From Chrysomallon squamiferum (taxonomy: Eukaryota; Animalia; Mollusca), in NCBI GenBank assembly GCA_012295275.1, contig CM022679.1, forward strand, positions 5,270,001 through 5,334,000: a stretch of DNA of 64,000 bases, in the 5' to 3' direction. The position numbers and the translations under genes were made by a program. Below, piece by piece: positions 28,201 to 42,464 of this stretch. The notes beneath the pieces were generated by a model. That model was not told the DNA's origin. It searched no databases and worked only from the letters and a program-made list of their open reading frames with translations. The first letter of the stretch is position 1; every line of letters begins with the position of its first letter.

Positions 28201-29081
28201 ATAAAGACATCCTTCGTCAATACCAAAATCATAATAACTAAATTTATTTTGAAATATATATATTATCATTACGAAATTACATCAAATTCCATTCTCAAAT
28301 TAGCGCTGTAATGACAAATGCTACTCTTTAATTCCAATGAAGGCATCCAGTTGTACTATTATCTAAACCATTGTTAATGAATTATACAGAATCATTACCA
28401 GACTATATCAAGAGCCCGATTTTAAATAATACGCTATTGCAGCATACGCTGTCCCTAAGTACCAGTTAAGACATTGTGCTGAGTCTTTATCAAGTCTTTA
28501 CTACGAGCGAAGACATCAAACCGTGCTATTACCAAAGCCACTATTTATGAAAATATTATACACAATATGTACACAGATTACCAAGACGTATCAAGAACCA
28601 TAATCTATACTGATTACAAAACCGTATCGGAACCCAGTTTCCAAAGTCTTTGCTTTCTACATTACACAGCATAAGAAGAAAATTTCGACGTCAGTATTGC
28701 GTGATTGCTGGATTCGGAGGACTGCGTTAACTACCGGTGGCCTGTGATTTCCGAATGAAGTCAATATTTCTCAACGATGTGTCGCGCATTCAATAAAACA
28801 GCCAATAGATATTGAAATGGAGTGGGACAGTTACTCTTAGTGCACATGATGGATTGGCCGGATCGATGCTGACTGGATAAAAGAATGGTAATAACGATAA
28901 TATGTGTGTTCATCGGGGACGCAATTTGTCAGCAGAAAGTGACGTGTGGCGAGAGCTAGCCGCAGATGTCGTGAACGCCGAGTTGGTGTGGACCGCGCTC
29001 TGATGGTGACGTGCCTGTGGTCCATGCTGAAGAGACAAATATATTAGGGGAAAACATTTATGCTGGGGTTTTTTTCGTTTA

Positions 29082-29112
<31 letters not shown>

Positions 29113-29191
29113 CATTTATTTATTTATTTTAATATTACTGGCCCTCAGCAGGTAATATAATTTTATATATATTTATTTCTTACTACTACTA

Positions 29192-29268
<77 letters not shown>

Positions 29269-29663
29269 ATCTCTCTCTCTCTCTCTATCCATTTACCTTT
29301 GAATCTATCTACCTACCTGATTCTCTCTATCTCTCTTACTCACTCTCTTTCTTTCTCTCTCCATATATCTCTGTTTCAAAATATAAAAAAAAACCAAAAG
29401 AAGACGTATTTATATAAAAAATAATAAAAAATAAAAAATAGACGCTGTCAGTAATACCTACTATGCGTTGATGTTATTAAAAATGTCTTGTTTGCGAAGT
29501 TTCGCTTTGAAGTGTTATAAAACAAGATCGCTGTTTTCCTTGTAAACACATTCATCTCGAGATCGTTCCCCCTGTGGTCTGTGTGAAAACAACAGCTAAT
29601 ACCGTCAAACAATAATCGGATTGAGATGAGAGACTTGCACTGGCATTACCGAGCTTTGCTTTT

Positions 29664-29704
<41 letters not shown>

Positions 29705-30186
29705 TGTAATTGCAGGATAAGGAATTCCAAGGTTTTCTGGTAGACCACGTGTGTCTGTGTGATTGAGTTGAGTTTTGTATTTGCTGTTTAATATTAAAAA
29801 TGTTTTTTTCGAAGATTAAGATTTACAAGGATAACATTTTCGTTTTGACTGTACACTAGGACAACTACATACCAGACCCATTAGTTCTGTAAACAAATAT
29901 AACATATTATGAACGTCGGCCCTTCCCTTTATTAACTGTATTTACCAGTTCTTAATCCAAAAGGAGGATCAAGTACGTCCAACGTGTGCTTTGACTACAA
30001 TCAATAGATGAAACTGTAAAAATGTTTCTACAAAGATTTCTTACATGTCTGCATTAAAATGTCGATGTCATTATATAATTTCGTAACAGTTTTTATATGG
30101 AGCGGAAAAACCTGTTACTAGAAATAAAGATTAAAATAGAAAGTAAAAGAAAACATACATTCTGAGAGAGACACACGAAGAGAGAA

Positions 30187-30263
<77 letters not shown>

Positions 30264-31338
30264 AAGACAAGAGACAGAGAAAGAATTTAAGAGAGACAAT
30301 GTCAGCAGCAGCAGTACTACTACTAATATATAGACAGATAATTACTGAGTCAGAGTTGTAGTAGTAGTAGTAGTAGTAGTAGCTGCAGTAGCAGCAACAG
30401 TAATATAGCAGTAATAGTAACAGTAATAGCAGTAGTAGAAGTTGTAGCTATAGTAGAAGTAGTAGTATATTTTACAACGAGTATAGATCTTGCTACCTGT
30501 AGCGCTTTGGAATTAGCTACTTAACCGCAATCTGCGCACGCTGTTTGTACGATCAATACAATATGTGTGAACTTTGATAATCGTGTCATAAAATACTTTC
30601 TCTCTAGCTCCATTAAAACTTAAACTTCACATCGATTGGACAAACATTTTACAAAATATTCTGATTGCGCAGAGTCGATTGAAAAAGTACTTGACGTTGG
30701 AAAAAAGGAACAAATGTATTCTGTAAGAAAAAAATGTCAGTTTAGTTCGTTTTATTGTTTTGATTACTGATATGATAGTCCAGCGGTTAGAGAGGTAGTA
30801 GATTCTTTCATTCTCGTGTTATGTTTTCTGTAACTTGTTTCAGCCGTTGACTCTTCACTAAATGAAAAAAACTGTTATAACAAAAAAGAATATTAGTGCA
30901 GACTGTCTCCTGGTATGAGTTAAAGTAACATTTAATATGACCGAATCAGAGCACACACATATATAAGTACCTGCAAACACACACACACACATGCAAACAT
31001 ACATCTCCACACATATACATAGATACATACATAAATACATACATACATACATACATACGTACATACATACGTACGTACATACATACATACATACACACAT
31101 ACATAACCGCTAAATATAAAATAAAGAAAGAAATGCAAAATGATAATACAGATATGCTCAGATGCTATTTATTTTCAATTAGTATTATTTTATATAAACT
31201 CTATAATAACAGCCGTGAACCCTGATCAATACTGGCCAGAACAAAAAACAAAACAAAAACAAACAAGAACAAAAAAAAAAAATAATAATTCTGTATCATC
31301 AGTTTAAACACCCCTTTCTTTTAACAGTGTATAAAGAA

Positions 31339-31386
<48 letters not shown>

Positions 31387-31479
31387 AAAAACATTAATAA
31401 TTTTATTCAGACTGCTTCAGTGACTGTCTTTATCTGTTTATTACAAATGTATTGACGGAAGAAAATTACTTTGGAAACC

Positions 31480-32400
31480 GGCCATTTGCCACGGATGTAC
31501 GACAGGACTAATTATATATTATCATCTAAGACACACCCACAGCTAAACATCGAGCTGGATGTGGTCAATAAACTACACAAGTTTTCTCCTCGATTTCCAG
31601 ATTGAATTGGAAACGAGAGACTCGTTTTTAGCGTCTGTCTCGGCAGACAGAGGCGTGATGGCCGAGAGCTATGACGGCGAATAAAATTCCTCTTCGCGGA
31701 TGTTCGTCTTAGGTAGAAACCATGCCACTGCATGTCGCCGTTGTAGCAAAATGTTTTTTTTTTTTTTTTTTCAAGCGTTAACAGCCGAAATCAATGAACC
31801 AGAAAAAAGTTCGGGAAATTGGCTTCGAAGTGTCGTGCGTCTTTGATGTCTTTATATCGCCTGCATTGTTGGCATGTTATTAACAATAAAACTCAGACGA
31901 GAAAAAAAAGAAAAAAAAATTATCACCGACTCTAATTGACTTTAAAAAAGGCCACGAAGATATCGAGGAATCATTCAGAGAACAAATTATGTAATAAAAA
32001 GGAGGGGGAAAAAAAAGAAAAGAAAAGAAGAAATGAAACGGTTTCTTTTTCTCGCTCGCCATTCAGACTGGGTAACTTTTGTGATGTGTCTTTTTGCCAC
32101 AGGAGTGATTCGATTTTGCGCTGCTCAAAGAAGTCGTGACGAGAATTGATTCTTCTTCTACATATGACAGGGCATCCGTAGCGTGAAAATACTTCCACGC
32201 AGACTCACAATACTTCATTCATGGTCCTGTTGATCGGAGCCGATAATCAAACAGCGAGGAAGTGATCGGAGACTTCGCCTCGACAGCAGACCTCTCTGCT
32301 CGCAGACGCCGCGAGTTCTTTAAACTTTTCGACCCGCGTGAAAGAACGTAACACAGAGAAAACAATACAGTCTGACTTAGTGTACACGAACCAGCAGAAA
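31480..32400 (+). promoter_or_regulatory. CpG-rich promoter/5' leader region of the M13 peptidase gene
   Basis: Non-repetitive, CpG-enriched sequence directly upstream of the first coding exon. The TSS cannot be determined from sequence. Confidence 0.4.
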
Positions 32401-32429
32401 GATGAAAGTCTAATAAAGACAGAGTAACT

Positions 32430-32655
32430 GAGTGAAGGCAGCTTTCTGTAACGAAAGCATTATTATTTAACGAAGGCATTATATAATTAACGAAGGACAT
32501 TCGAGTTTAAGTCTATCGAAGGCAGCATAATGTAACAGAAGCAATGTAGTCTAATGAGACAGTCTACCTAAACAAAGACAGAAATCTAACGAGGACACTG
32601 CGAAGGCTGTGTAACTCCGTGCAATCAAGCGAAGACAGTTTAACGAAGACGTATA
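32430..32655. repeat. Degenerate ~20-bp repeat upstream of the M13 start codon
   Basis: Recurrent TAACGAAG(G/A)CA-like cores. Confidence 0.65.
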
Positions 32656-32768
32656 ACTGACCTAGTACAAGTTGGCAGGACACTTAAAAGACTGTGATAG
32701 TCACAGAAAAAAAAAAAAAAAAAAAAAAGAAAGAAAGAAAGAAAAAAGAATAAGACAAAAACTACAAC

Positions 32769-33182
32769 ATGACTGGTGGTAACACCATGGACCGGTACGG
32801 CGTTGTATTCACCGTCGCACCGACCGACTCCTGCGACGGCCACGACGACAGCTGTCTGACGTTTCAGGACACTCACTCCAGACAGGACTCCGGACACTCG
32901 ACTCCTGATTCCGAGCACTCGCCGATTCACTGGAGAGAGTCGCTGGACCTGGAGAAGTCGCGCAACAGAAACCGGGACACGAGAGAGAAATGTCTCTGCT
33001 GCTTGTTCTGTTTCTTCATGGTGTCCAGCGCCAGTCTGGCCGCGCTCGTACTCTTACTGTACACCGGACAGGTGAAATTCCAGTTGCCAGGTAACAGAGC
33101 GATGACCAACGGCTACCCAGGGACATCGTCTCTCAACGTTTCGTACACGAGTGTGGACGGGATGGCGAAAACCGTACCCAGG
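32769..33182 (+). CDS. M13 (neprilysin/endothelin-converting enzyme-like) peptidase, first coding exon: cytoplasmic tail, signal-anchor TM and start of stalk
   Basis: GC-rich ORF with starts at 32769 or 32787 (ACACCATGG, stronger context). A hydrophilic N-tail and basic patch (KSRNRNRDTREK) precede a hydrophobic segment (CLCCLFCFFMVSSASLAALVLLLY) and an N-glycosylation sequon (NVS). It ends at a phase-0 donor AGG|GTAAGA. The family call depends on the phase-compatible exon at 50597. Confidence 0.8.
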
Positions 33183-33437
33183 GTAAGAGATTTATTTCTA
33201 TTATTTTAATTTTATTTTACCTGTTGTAATATTTTATGTCATCAAACTGAATGGAAAGTTGAGTAGGATGAGAGAATATGTATTTTATTTTGTTTTGTAG
33301 TGTGTTATAATACTGTAAATGGTAAAATGTGTAATGTGTGTGTGTCTGTTTCAGTTCGATTTAAATTTTACGTATAATGCTGTCTGGCTGTCTTCATCTC
33401 CAAACTTAGATTTATTTAAATGGTATGGCAGAAGTAA

Positions 33438-33471
<34 letters not shown>

Positions 33472-34689
33472 GTGCGCGTGCGTGCGTGCAGGTGTGTGTG
33501 TGACCGTTTAATTCTAGACAGTAACTTTTTGTAGTTAAAAACTTATTATATAAATATCACTTAAATAAAGCTTTTGTTTAGGACACAACAAACGCACATT
33601 ACATTTTTTTTATATTTTTATTTAAATAATTATATTTTAATATTAATATGAGTGATGCAAAAAGGCTGGTATTTCTGATATAATCATAGTCTCTAAAAAT
33701 GTCCCATTAGCTTTAAGATTGCATAGTTACATAGCACAGACTTTAATAATTTGAGCTCTGACTGGAATGGGCAATAATAAAACAGAGGCTATTTTATGAG
33801 GATTGATCATTAGAGACTTAACTGCAGATTTCCATAGCATTTAAATTAAACTAGTTCGAGCCATATTATTTATTTATATATTTAGCTATTTGTTTGTTTG
33901 TTTTTCTTTTTTTTATGTCATTTTATTATATCTTTCTTATTAATTTATTTTATTTACTTATTGATTTATTTTTTGGTATGTTGCGTTTCGTTTTTTTGAA
34001 TTATGTCTTTCTTAATGATGCATGAAAAACACCATTAAATCATTCATTCATTTTTTCATTTATTCGTTCTTCTGCAACTGCTGTTTCATTCTTTAATTTT
34101 CTGTTGTTCATTCGTTCTCCTCCTATTTCAAATTCTCAGTTATTTCAGGTTATTTTATTTTGTTGTTTGTTTTGTGTGTGTTTTTCATTTGTTTGTTTCT
34201 TTCGATATCGTCTTCTGTCGCTAATTCTTACATCTTTTTACATCTTCCATCTCTAAAGTTATTCTTTCACTCTCTCATTATTCTTCTCTTTTCTCATGTC
34301 TTCATTCGTTCATCCCATCCTACTGACATTTTTATTGTTCTGTTTTTAACTGCTTCTTTCACATTTTTCTTTCAGTGTTTTATCTTTTCTGATCTGATTT
34401 CGTTTCTCTAATTCGTATCAATATCCTGTCTCCTTCCGCCATTGACTATTTCGTTATGTCCTTCAATTCTTACGATAATACCCTTATACTTTCTTTTTAT
34501 AATTCATTCTGACTTTCTTTCTTTCTTTTTCTTTTTTCTAGTTTATTCTTTCTTTTCGTTGTTTATTTGTCAGTTTTGCAAAGAATTATTTCGTTATATC
34601 CTTTTTTTTTTCTTTCAATAATCCCTTAGTTCTTTCGTTTCAACCCGTTTGGGGTTTCATTCCTTATTCCTTTCGTTACATCATTTTTC

Positions 34690-34780
34690 TTTCGATAATT
34701 CCTTTATTCCTTCGACGATGCCTATATCCTTTCGATAATGCCTTTATTCTAATGATAATGCCTGTATTCTTTCGTTTTAT
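34690..34780. repeat. 20-bp minisatellite
   Basis: TTTCGATAATGCCTTTATTC-like units at 34690, 34710, 34730 and 34750. Confidence 0.8.
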
Positions 34781-35188
34781 TCTTAAATCCTTCAATTAGA
34801 TGATTTACGGACGAATGGGATTATCAGAATCTATGGTTTTAAGTCTCTTTCACACCTCTCATTCTTTCCTTCCGAGCGCCATACATTCTACTTTAACTGA
34901 TTCTTCTGATTTAATAATTGTTTTTCTCTCTTTTTTTTCTTTCTTCACTTTTTTCTTTCTCACTCTCTTTACTTTATTTTATTATTTTTTTCCTGCTTCT
35001 GTATCGAATCCAATCTCTGCTTAGTTTAATCCATGGTAGAGGTCTAATCAAGCCTATATTTTCGGCTTAACACTTAAAGGTATATCGATTTTAATCTCTG
35101 TTATTCTTTGCACTATTGATTATGACGTCACAAACGGGTTAGTTTCTTCTCACTTATTACATTACATTTCCTAAATGGAAGCTCAAAA

Positions 35189-35237
<49 letters not shown>

Positions 35238-36054
35238 AGAAGAAGATAACGAAGAAATGAATGAAGAAAAAAAGAAAGAAAGAAAAAAAAAGATCTACCA
35301 TTCTGAAATTTTAGGGGAAATGAACGCATGAATGCCTCTAATAACAAAATAGGCTAATGCAGGGAGTTTTAAACTAACTAAAACGATTTTTTATTTTATT
35401 TTATTTATTTATTTTATTTTTTATTTATTTATTCAAAACGGAGGAATGTGTGCACATCTGTGTTAATAACTTGATTAACGTTTTCAGCTTATTCCCCCAC
35501 TCTTTTTCTTCCGATAATCCTGTTGTTGATGTTGCTTCTACATCAACAACTACTACTACCAGTAATACTGTAATTAATCGAACTACTGCTACCACTACCC
35601 CAACTACCAATAATACTGTCACCAGTACTACAAGTACTACTACTATTGCTATTACCACAAATGCTACAAGTGCTATTTTTAATGCTATTGTTGCTGCTGT
35701 TTCTACTACTACTATAATACTACATCGACTACATCTGCTACTTTGACTGCTACTTCTACTACTACGTCGTTTTACAATTAGCACCAACACTATTACTAGT
35801 GCTATTACTATCGCAACTTTTTCAGTTACTATTTTTACTACTAATACAACAGTTACTACTAGACATATTACTACTTTTTACTATTAGTCATTGTTCTGCA
35901 ACACTATTACTTCTTCTGCATTACTAGTACTGCTGTATTTACTACTACTGTTAGTACTGATGTACTATTAATATTAATAAAAACATTATATGACTTCTAC
36001 TGCTATATTTACTACTGTCATTGCTGATACTATACTGTTACTACTGCTGTTACT

Positions 36055-36347
36055 TTGGGGCGTATTTAGAGGTGGGGCCCAAGGGTTTCGGACCCCCTCA
36101 AATTTAAGAAGTGCCCCTTTTATTTAGGATTTTGAATTTTTTCACAAATTTATTTTATTTTATTTTTAAAATTTTTGTTAATGTATAGAACAATTCAGAA
36201 TACCTCTGCCAGCGACCCTGGTGTAGCACTGTCATATTACGGTCCATGTGAACCGTGTGTAGTTTTTCAATAGTGCCTTTTTGTAATGTTATGGTGACCT
36301 TTTTTTAACATGGACTCCCCTCATCAGAAAAGCTGGATCAGCCCCAA
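36055..36347. mobile_element. MITE-like non-autonomous element with degenerate terminal inverted repeats
   Basis: Left end TTGGGGCGTATTTAG matches the reverse complement of the right end (TTGGGGCTGATCCAG) at 11/15. The ~290-bp insert abruptly interrupts an (ACT)n-rich tract. Confidence 0.6.
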
Positions 36348-36517
36348 TCACTTCTACTAAGTCAAAACCTACCACCACTGCTTCAATTACAATAACTAGT
36401 ACTAAAATAATAACAACTATTTCTATCTATATTACTACTACTACTACTAATACTACCACTAATAATACTATTAATACTAATCTGTCTATTCCTACCACTA
36501 CTTCTATCTTTCTTTTT

Positions 36518-36549
<32 letters not shown>

Positions 36550-37034
36550 TCCTTCTTTCCTTTCTTTTTCTGTCTGTCTTTATTTTATCAGTTAATTAAT
36601 ATTTATCTATTTTCTCTTCTTTCTTTAATATGTTTTTTTTTATTTTTTTTTTTTTTATTAATTTATTTCTTTGGTTCATTCGTTTTCTTCGGTTTCTTTT
36701 TGCTATTGTTAATATTAATATCTTAACACATTTCTATTAAATTCTTGATTTATTTTGATCTATTTTTAAAAAAGAACTGGGACATCTGACTACAGTTTTT
36801 ATTTGTACTGCAGCAGTCGATATTTATTTTTAGAGAATGTGGTTGAGTGGGTGTGTACAGCTAATCAAAATTAATCGCTACGATATTGAGAGATGAAAAA
36901 AAAAATAACTAAAGAGAAAAATAATAAAAATAAAACACAATAGTATTTAATTAAAATAAAAATAAAATTAAAAAAAATATATAATAATAATATTCATTTT
37001 CCACCGAGGCGGCGAAACAAAAATATATATAAAA

Positions 37035-37081
<47 letters not shown>

Positions 37082-37494
37082 ATACATAATAATAATAATG
37101 ATAAAAATAATAATACTATTCTGTGAGGTAAACAGAAGTAAAAATGAAATACAATTGCTTATGTTATAAATAATAAATTGCTGACAGTGATAAAAATCCT
37201 TTAGAAAATATTTCTTAACATTTCTTTTACAAATTTCGTTTCTTTCTTTCTTTGTTGTTGAAATTAGTGTTCCCAAAATAGTTTAATATAAATTTAAATA
37301 ATATTGTAATTTTCCTACCGTTATATTTGAAACGGTTTTCATTAAAAATAAATGTTTTACTGTTTTGTAACAGGAAGGAGAGCACCTTTACATAATATTA
37401 ACATACAGACACGAATAAAAGAAAATAATCAAGTTTAAAGTTGATAAAAGAATAAATATATAAAAATAAATAATGGTTAATTAATAAATGATTT

Positions 37495-37495
37495 A

Positions 37496-37560
<65 letters not shown>

Positions 37561-37675
37561 TGAAATAAGATCTAATAAGATTTAATAAATTTAAATTAAA
37601 TAAAATAAAAATTATTAAGTTAAACTGAATAATAACAAATATAAAATGTAATGAAATGTAATAAAACGAATAATA

Positions 37676-37747
<72 letters not shown>

Positions 37748-37810
37748 CAATAATAATAATAATAATAATAGTAATAACAATAACAATAACAATAATAATA
37801 ATAATAATCA
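37495..37810. repeat. (AAT)n-rich tract, one of many in the window (also ~110-200, 720-820, 7140-7200, 20248-20320, 26541-26609, 38680-38977, 50460-50590)
   Basis: Directly visible. Confidence 0.95.
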
Positions 37811-38679
37811 AATACAAAAGCGACTGAAAAACCGATTACAAATGACTATTAAAAATCCACGACAAACTGAGTAAGTCAGTTAGAAGCTGTTACATCCTCA
37901 GTCTGTGAGGCATTATAGACATTCCTATGTACGATATGACATCAACAGAAAGGGAAAATCTCAACCTCCACGAAAATCTTGCGGTCTTAACGTATTGCCG
38001 TTATACTTTATTTTTATGAAGAATAACAAGATATAAAAAGACTGACTAACGTTCATGTACTTTTGTTGTATTTGTTTCTGCTACCAGATGTTAACTTCAA
38101 CAGCACGTGTGGTACTTAACCTGATTATCATGATTAAAACCAGATTTGATTGAAAACATGAGAAATAGCTTTGGTTTAAATATGGCTACAATTAGATCTT
38201 CTCATTTCACAAATATTCTATTTTTCTCTTTCTCTTTCAGTTTTCAGCGAATAGTTTTTACAAATGTGTAATTTATTAAGTATGATTATTTTCACCTGCT
38301 CATTTTTTTTTTTTTTTTTTTTTTTTTTTTGTGGTTTAGAGGTATCAACGACTTTTCTTCCTGTTTTGTTTTCTTGTTTTCTAAATGTCGTATGCTTAAA
38401 GATTTTGTTCTTTTAGATTATGACGCTTACATTATACGTACTACAACTACTACTACTAATATGACTAGTCTATTACTGCTGCTACTACAGCAACCACAGG
38501 TACAGTTACTAGTACTATTACCACCTCTAGCATCATGACCCTACTACCACAACTACTAGTGTTACCACTACTATCACTACCACTGTTACCTCTAGTACTA
38601 CTACTTGTACTAGTATTACTATTACTACTACTATTATTAGTACTGCTCTACTATTTATAATAACCACCACCACAACAGC

Positions 38680-38736
<57 letters not shown>

Positions 38737-38926
38737 TTTGTCGCTAATACTGCTAGTGCAATTACTACTACAAACTATACAGACCTTCCATCAATACTGT
38801 CAATATTACTACTACTACTACAGCTACCATTAATGTTAACAACAACACGAAAACAACAGCAACAATAACAATAATAACAACAACAACAACAACAACAACA
38901 ATAATAATAATAATAACAACAACAAC

Positions 38927-38978
<52 letters not shown>

Positions 38979-39664
38979 TGCCATCTCTACGATTGCTGCT
39001 AATTCACGAAACCTTTACCTCATTTGACAATATCTGGACATCAGCTGTACAAATTCTCTCAAGAGTTTTTTTTTTTCATTTCTTTACTCAACTCTGAAAT
39101 CTTCGCTGAACAATGCTGATCGTGAGACTCACGTACCCAGCTTAAACCTTCAGTCCATCAGAAAAACTCTCTGACAGATTTTGTTTCAGAACTCAGCAAA
39201 CTGTGGCAGGTTCTGAATAGCGCGACACGGGTTAACTATAAGCTGACAGAACTGTTTTGTTCATTTTAGCGCACTCTGAGCAAAGCTTTGCCGTGGTGTT
39301 AAAATGGAGGATTTGTCAAAGTTTGACGTGTTTGTAAAATTTGTAAGTTTAATATCGGATAAATGTCCACCGCTTCGGTGGTTCCTTGTGACTGGGATTG
39401 TTAGTGGTTTTGCTAACTTGGTTTCAAATTTGGTAAACTTGATATTTTGTTATTATCAACATATTGTACTGGCCGTTGTTTTTGCAATTTTCGCTGTTAT
39501 TGTCAAATAAAAAAGATTCCATTGAGTTTAATTTTAATTTAAAGTTGTTGTCACATGAATACTTGTTTAGAGATATGTACGTTTGAGTTATCTTTTATAT
39601 GCGACATTGGATGTGATTAAAATATTATTATTATATATTTATTTTTAAAAGCAACAACAGCAAT

Positions 39665-39734
<70 letters not shown>

Positions 39735-42361
39735 TAGATATTAAAAATAACGGCTGCTTCTTTTAATCTATTTTGTTCATTTGAACTGTATATATGGGTC
39801 ATGCAACTAAAATAACGATATATTTTTCTGTTGCTAATGAATAATGAAGTAATACTGAATTACTGTTTCTTCAAATATAAAAGGAGCATTATTATTATTA
39901 TTATGTTTATTTTATTTATTCATATTATTCATATTCATATTCAAAATCATATTCATATTCATATTATTATTGTTATTATTATTATTTTGACTTTATCAGT
40001 GTCATCATATCAATATGTATATTGTTACTTATTTTAATTACATTTATCCTTTATTTACTCAGTTTCAAAAGCGGAGGACTTCGTTATGTTGAAGCTTCAT
40101 TCATTCATTCATTCCGATATTCACTGATATAATTAATTTCCATCTTACTAAATAACACAAAAAATTATTTAATTAATCTATATAGATAGGTAATAGGTTT
40201 CGATAAGAATTTCTTCACCTTTCTAAAACTTTATCATGTTTAATTAACAATATTTTTAAATGTAACTTTTAAAGTAATGGATTTAATGCAATAAATATTA
40301 TTAAGCTGCTTTTCCCAAAACTAGTTTGTAAAGTGCGAGACTAACATTGCATATTAATCACATTACATACAGGTCTGATATTGATACATCTGCATTAATA
40401 ATAGTGAGAGTTAATTAAAATAAGTAACTGTTTTTAATAATATTATACATTAATATTATATTATATTTTTGGAAAAATACATTTGTAAATCTTCTTATGG
40501 GGAAATCATTTTATCTGAATGTAAGGCTCAGATCTGAGATTCAATAAAGTAGGGGGTGGTCAGTGTAGTGTTCATGATGAAATGAGCTTTATATAAATAA
40601 GTAAGTAGGTAAGTAAGTTATTAAGTAGGAAAATAAATAAATAAATAAATAAATATATAAACGAACCAAAGTAAGAACGAAGGAAAAAACTAAAATACAA
40701 GCAAACAAAGAAATAAATAATTGAACTAGCTGAATTTAAATTTAAAATAAAAATTAAAAAATTTAAATTAAAATAAAAAAAAAAAAAAATAAAAATAAAA
40801 ATAAAAATAAAAATAAAAATAAAAATTAAAATTAAAATTAAAATTAAAATTAAAATTAAAATAAAAGAAATTAAAATTAAAATTTGGATGAAAGAGATAG
40901 GTGAGGAGGGGAGGGACGCTTCCAGTAGCACCCTCACGATTCCCTGGACCCACGAATGTACTGTACTTTCTTTGTATATGTAAAATTATATCACGTTTTT
41001 CACAAAACACTAATTAGTTTGTATTGACCAATAACGTACATTAAAACTAATAACAAGTACAGAATTCTAAAAGCTTTGTTAAACTGTTACCAGATATTAA
41101 AAGTAGAAATAATTTAATTTCAATTATTTGTAATTCCAGAGAATTATCCGTAGCTGTTTCTTATTAATAAAGTTTTATATTCATAATATTTATTTTAATA
41201 CTGAAATTAAAAAAATTTTTTTTTTAAAAAAAAATAATAATAAAAAAAGAAGATTAATATTGTATTTAGTTTATTAATTATACTTGTTATTGTTAATTCT
41301 CCATCGTATTATACAGAGTTTGTTAAATACTCTGTGCTATGAGGTAAGGGCTGAGTGCAAGCGTAACAATTTCAATTAACGGAAATTACGTTTGGTTATT
41401 AAAGTGTAAAGTTACAGTTCTGAAGTACAGTGTAGATAAATACTTACTGTAAGTATAAATGCGATGTAATTAGAAGTTTTTAAACTAGTTTCCAGTATAT
41501 TTTTGTAAAGTTTAAAGTGAGGAGATAGTTTAAAAAATAAACAAAATAAAATAAAATCAAATCAAATATAATCATTATACCGTATGAATGAATATATGAA
41601 TGATTGAATGAATAAATTAATTATTGAATGAATAACTGAATGAATAAATAAATAAATAAATAAATAAATAAAATAAAAAAATAAAATAAAATAAAATAAG
41701 AAATTCTATAAAAACAGATCAGTATAACGGGTTGTAATATAATCGTGACAGCTAGTGTTTCACTATCTTCAACAAATGGATAAGTTCTATACTGATTTTT
41801 TGGTGGATATATAAATATTATATACAAATACTTGTATAATTACTATGACTAAATTATATAAAATATATATTTTTTTTTTTGGTTTGTCTTCTTGAGCGAC
41901 AGCGGGTCCAGAAACGATCAACTCTCCTCTTGGATGAATTCTTGTAGAAGCAAACATTAACCTAAATTAGTCGAACGTAACGAAATAGTGTAAAATAAAT
42001 AGTATTTTAACACTTCTATACTATTTTCTGACACCATCACATCTATTTTATTTTATTTCTGTCGTTAAGCTCAGTTTTAGAACCACAGATTTTTTATGTT
42101 CACCTCCGTGATTTTCGAGTTGCTAAGTAACAGTGATTTTACTGTGATCAACAAACTGTGATTTACTAAGAGAAAAACTATAAACTATTATTATTTATGT
42201 TGTTCACGGTTTATTTTATCAGTGTGTGATGTTTTCGTTTACGACGAAATTTTTATTGATGAATAATTTTCAGGTGACAGTCATTATTTTAATATCCGTG
42301 AAAATGTCGTTTTATTATGTGTTAATATGAAATATAATAGAAATTTTATTTAGAAACAAAA

Positions 42362-42464
<103 letters not shown>

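Noticed and set aside
33183-33209. ORF continuation VRDLFLLF-stop making a standalone 146-aa protein
   Set aside because: Composition switches to AT-rich intron exactly at a consensus GTAAGA donor.
35450-35746. Thr-rich mucin-like ORF as a possible stalk exon of the M13 gene
   Set aside because: It is part of a longer (ACT)n low-complexity tract with stops and no convincing donor. Similar tracts occur throughout the window. It cannot be fully excluded without RNA data.
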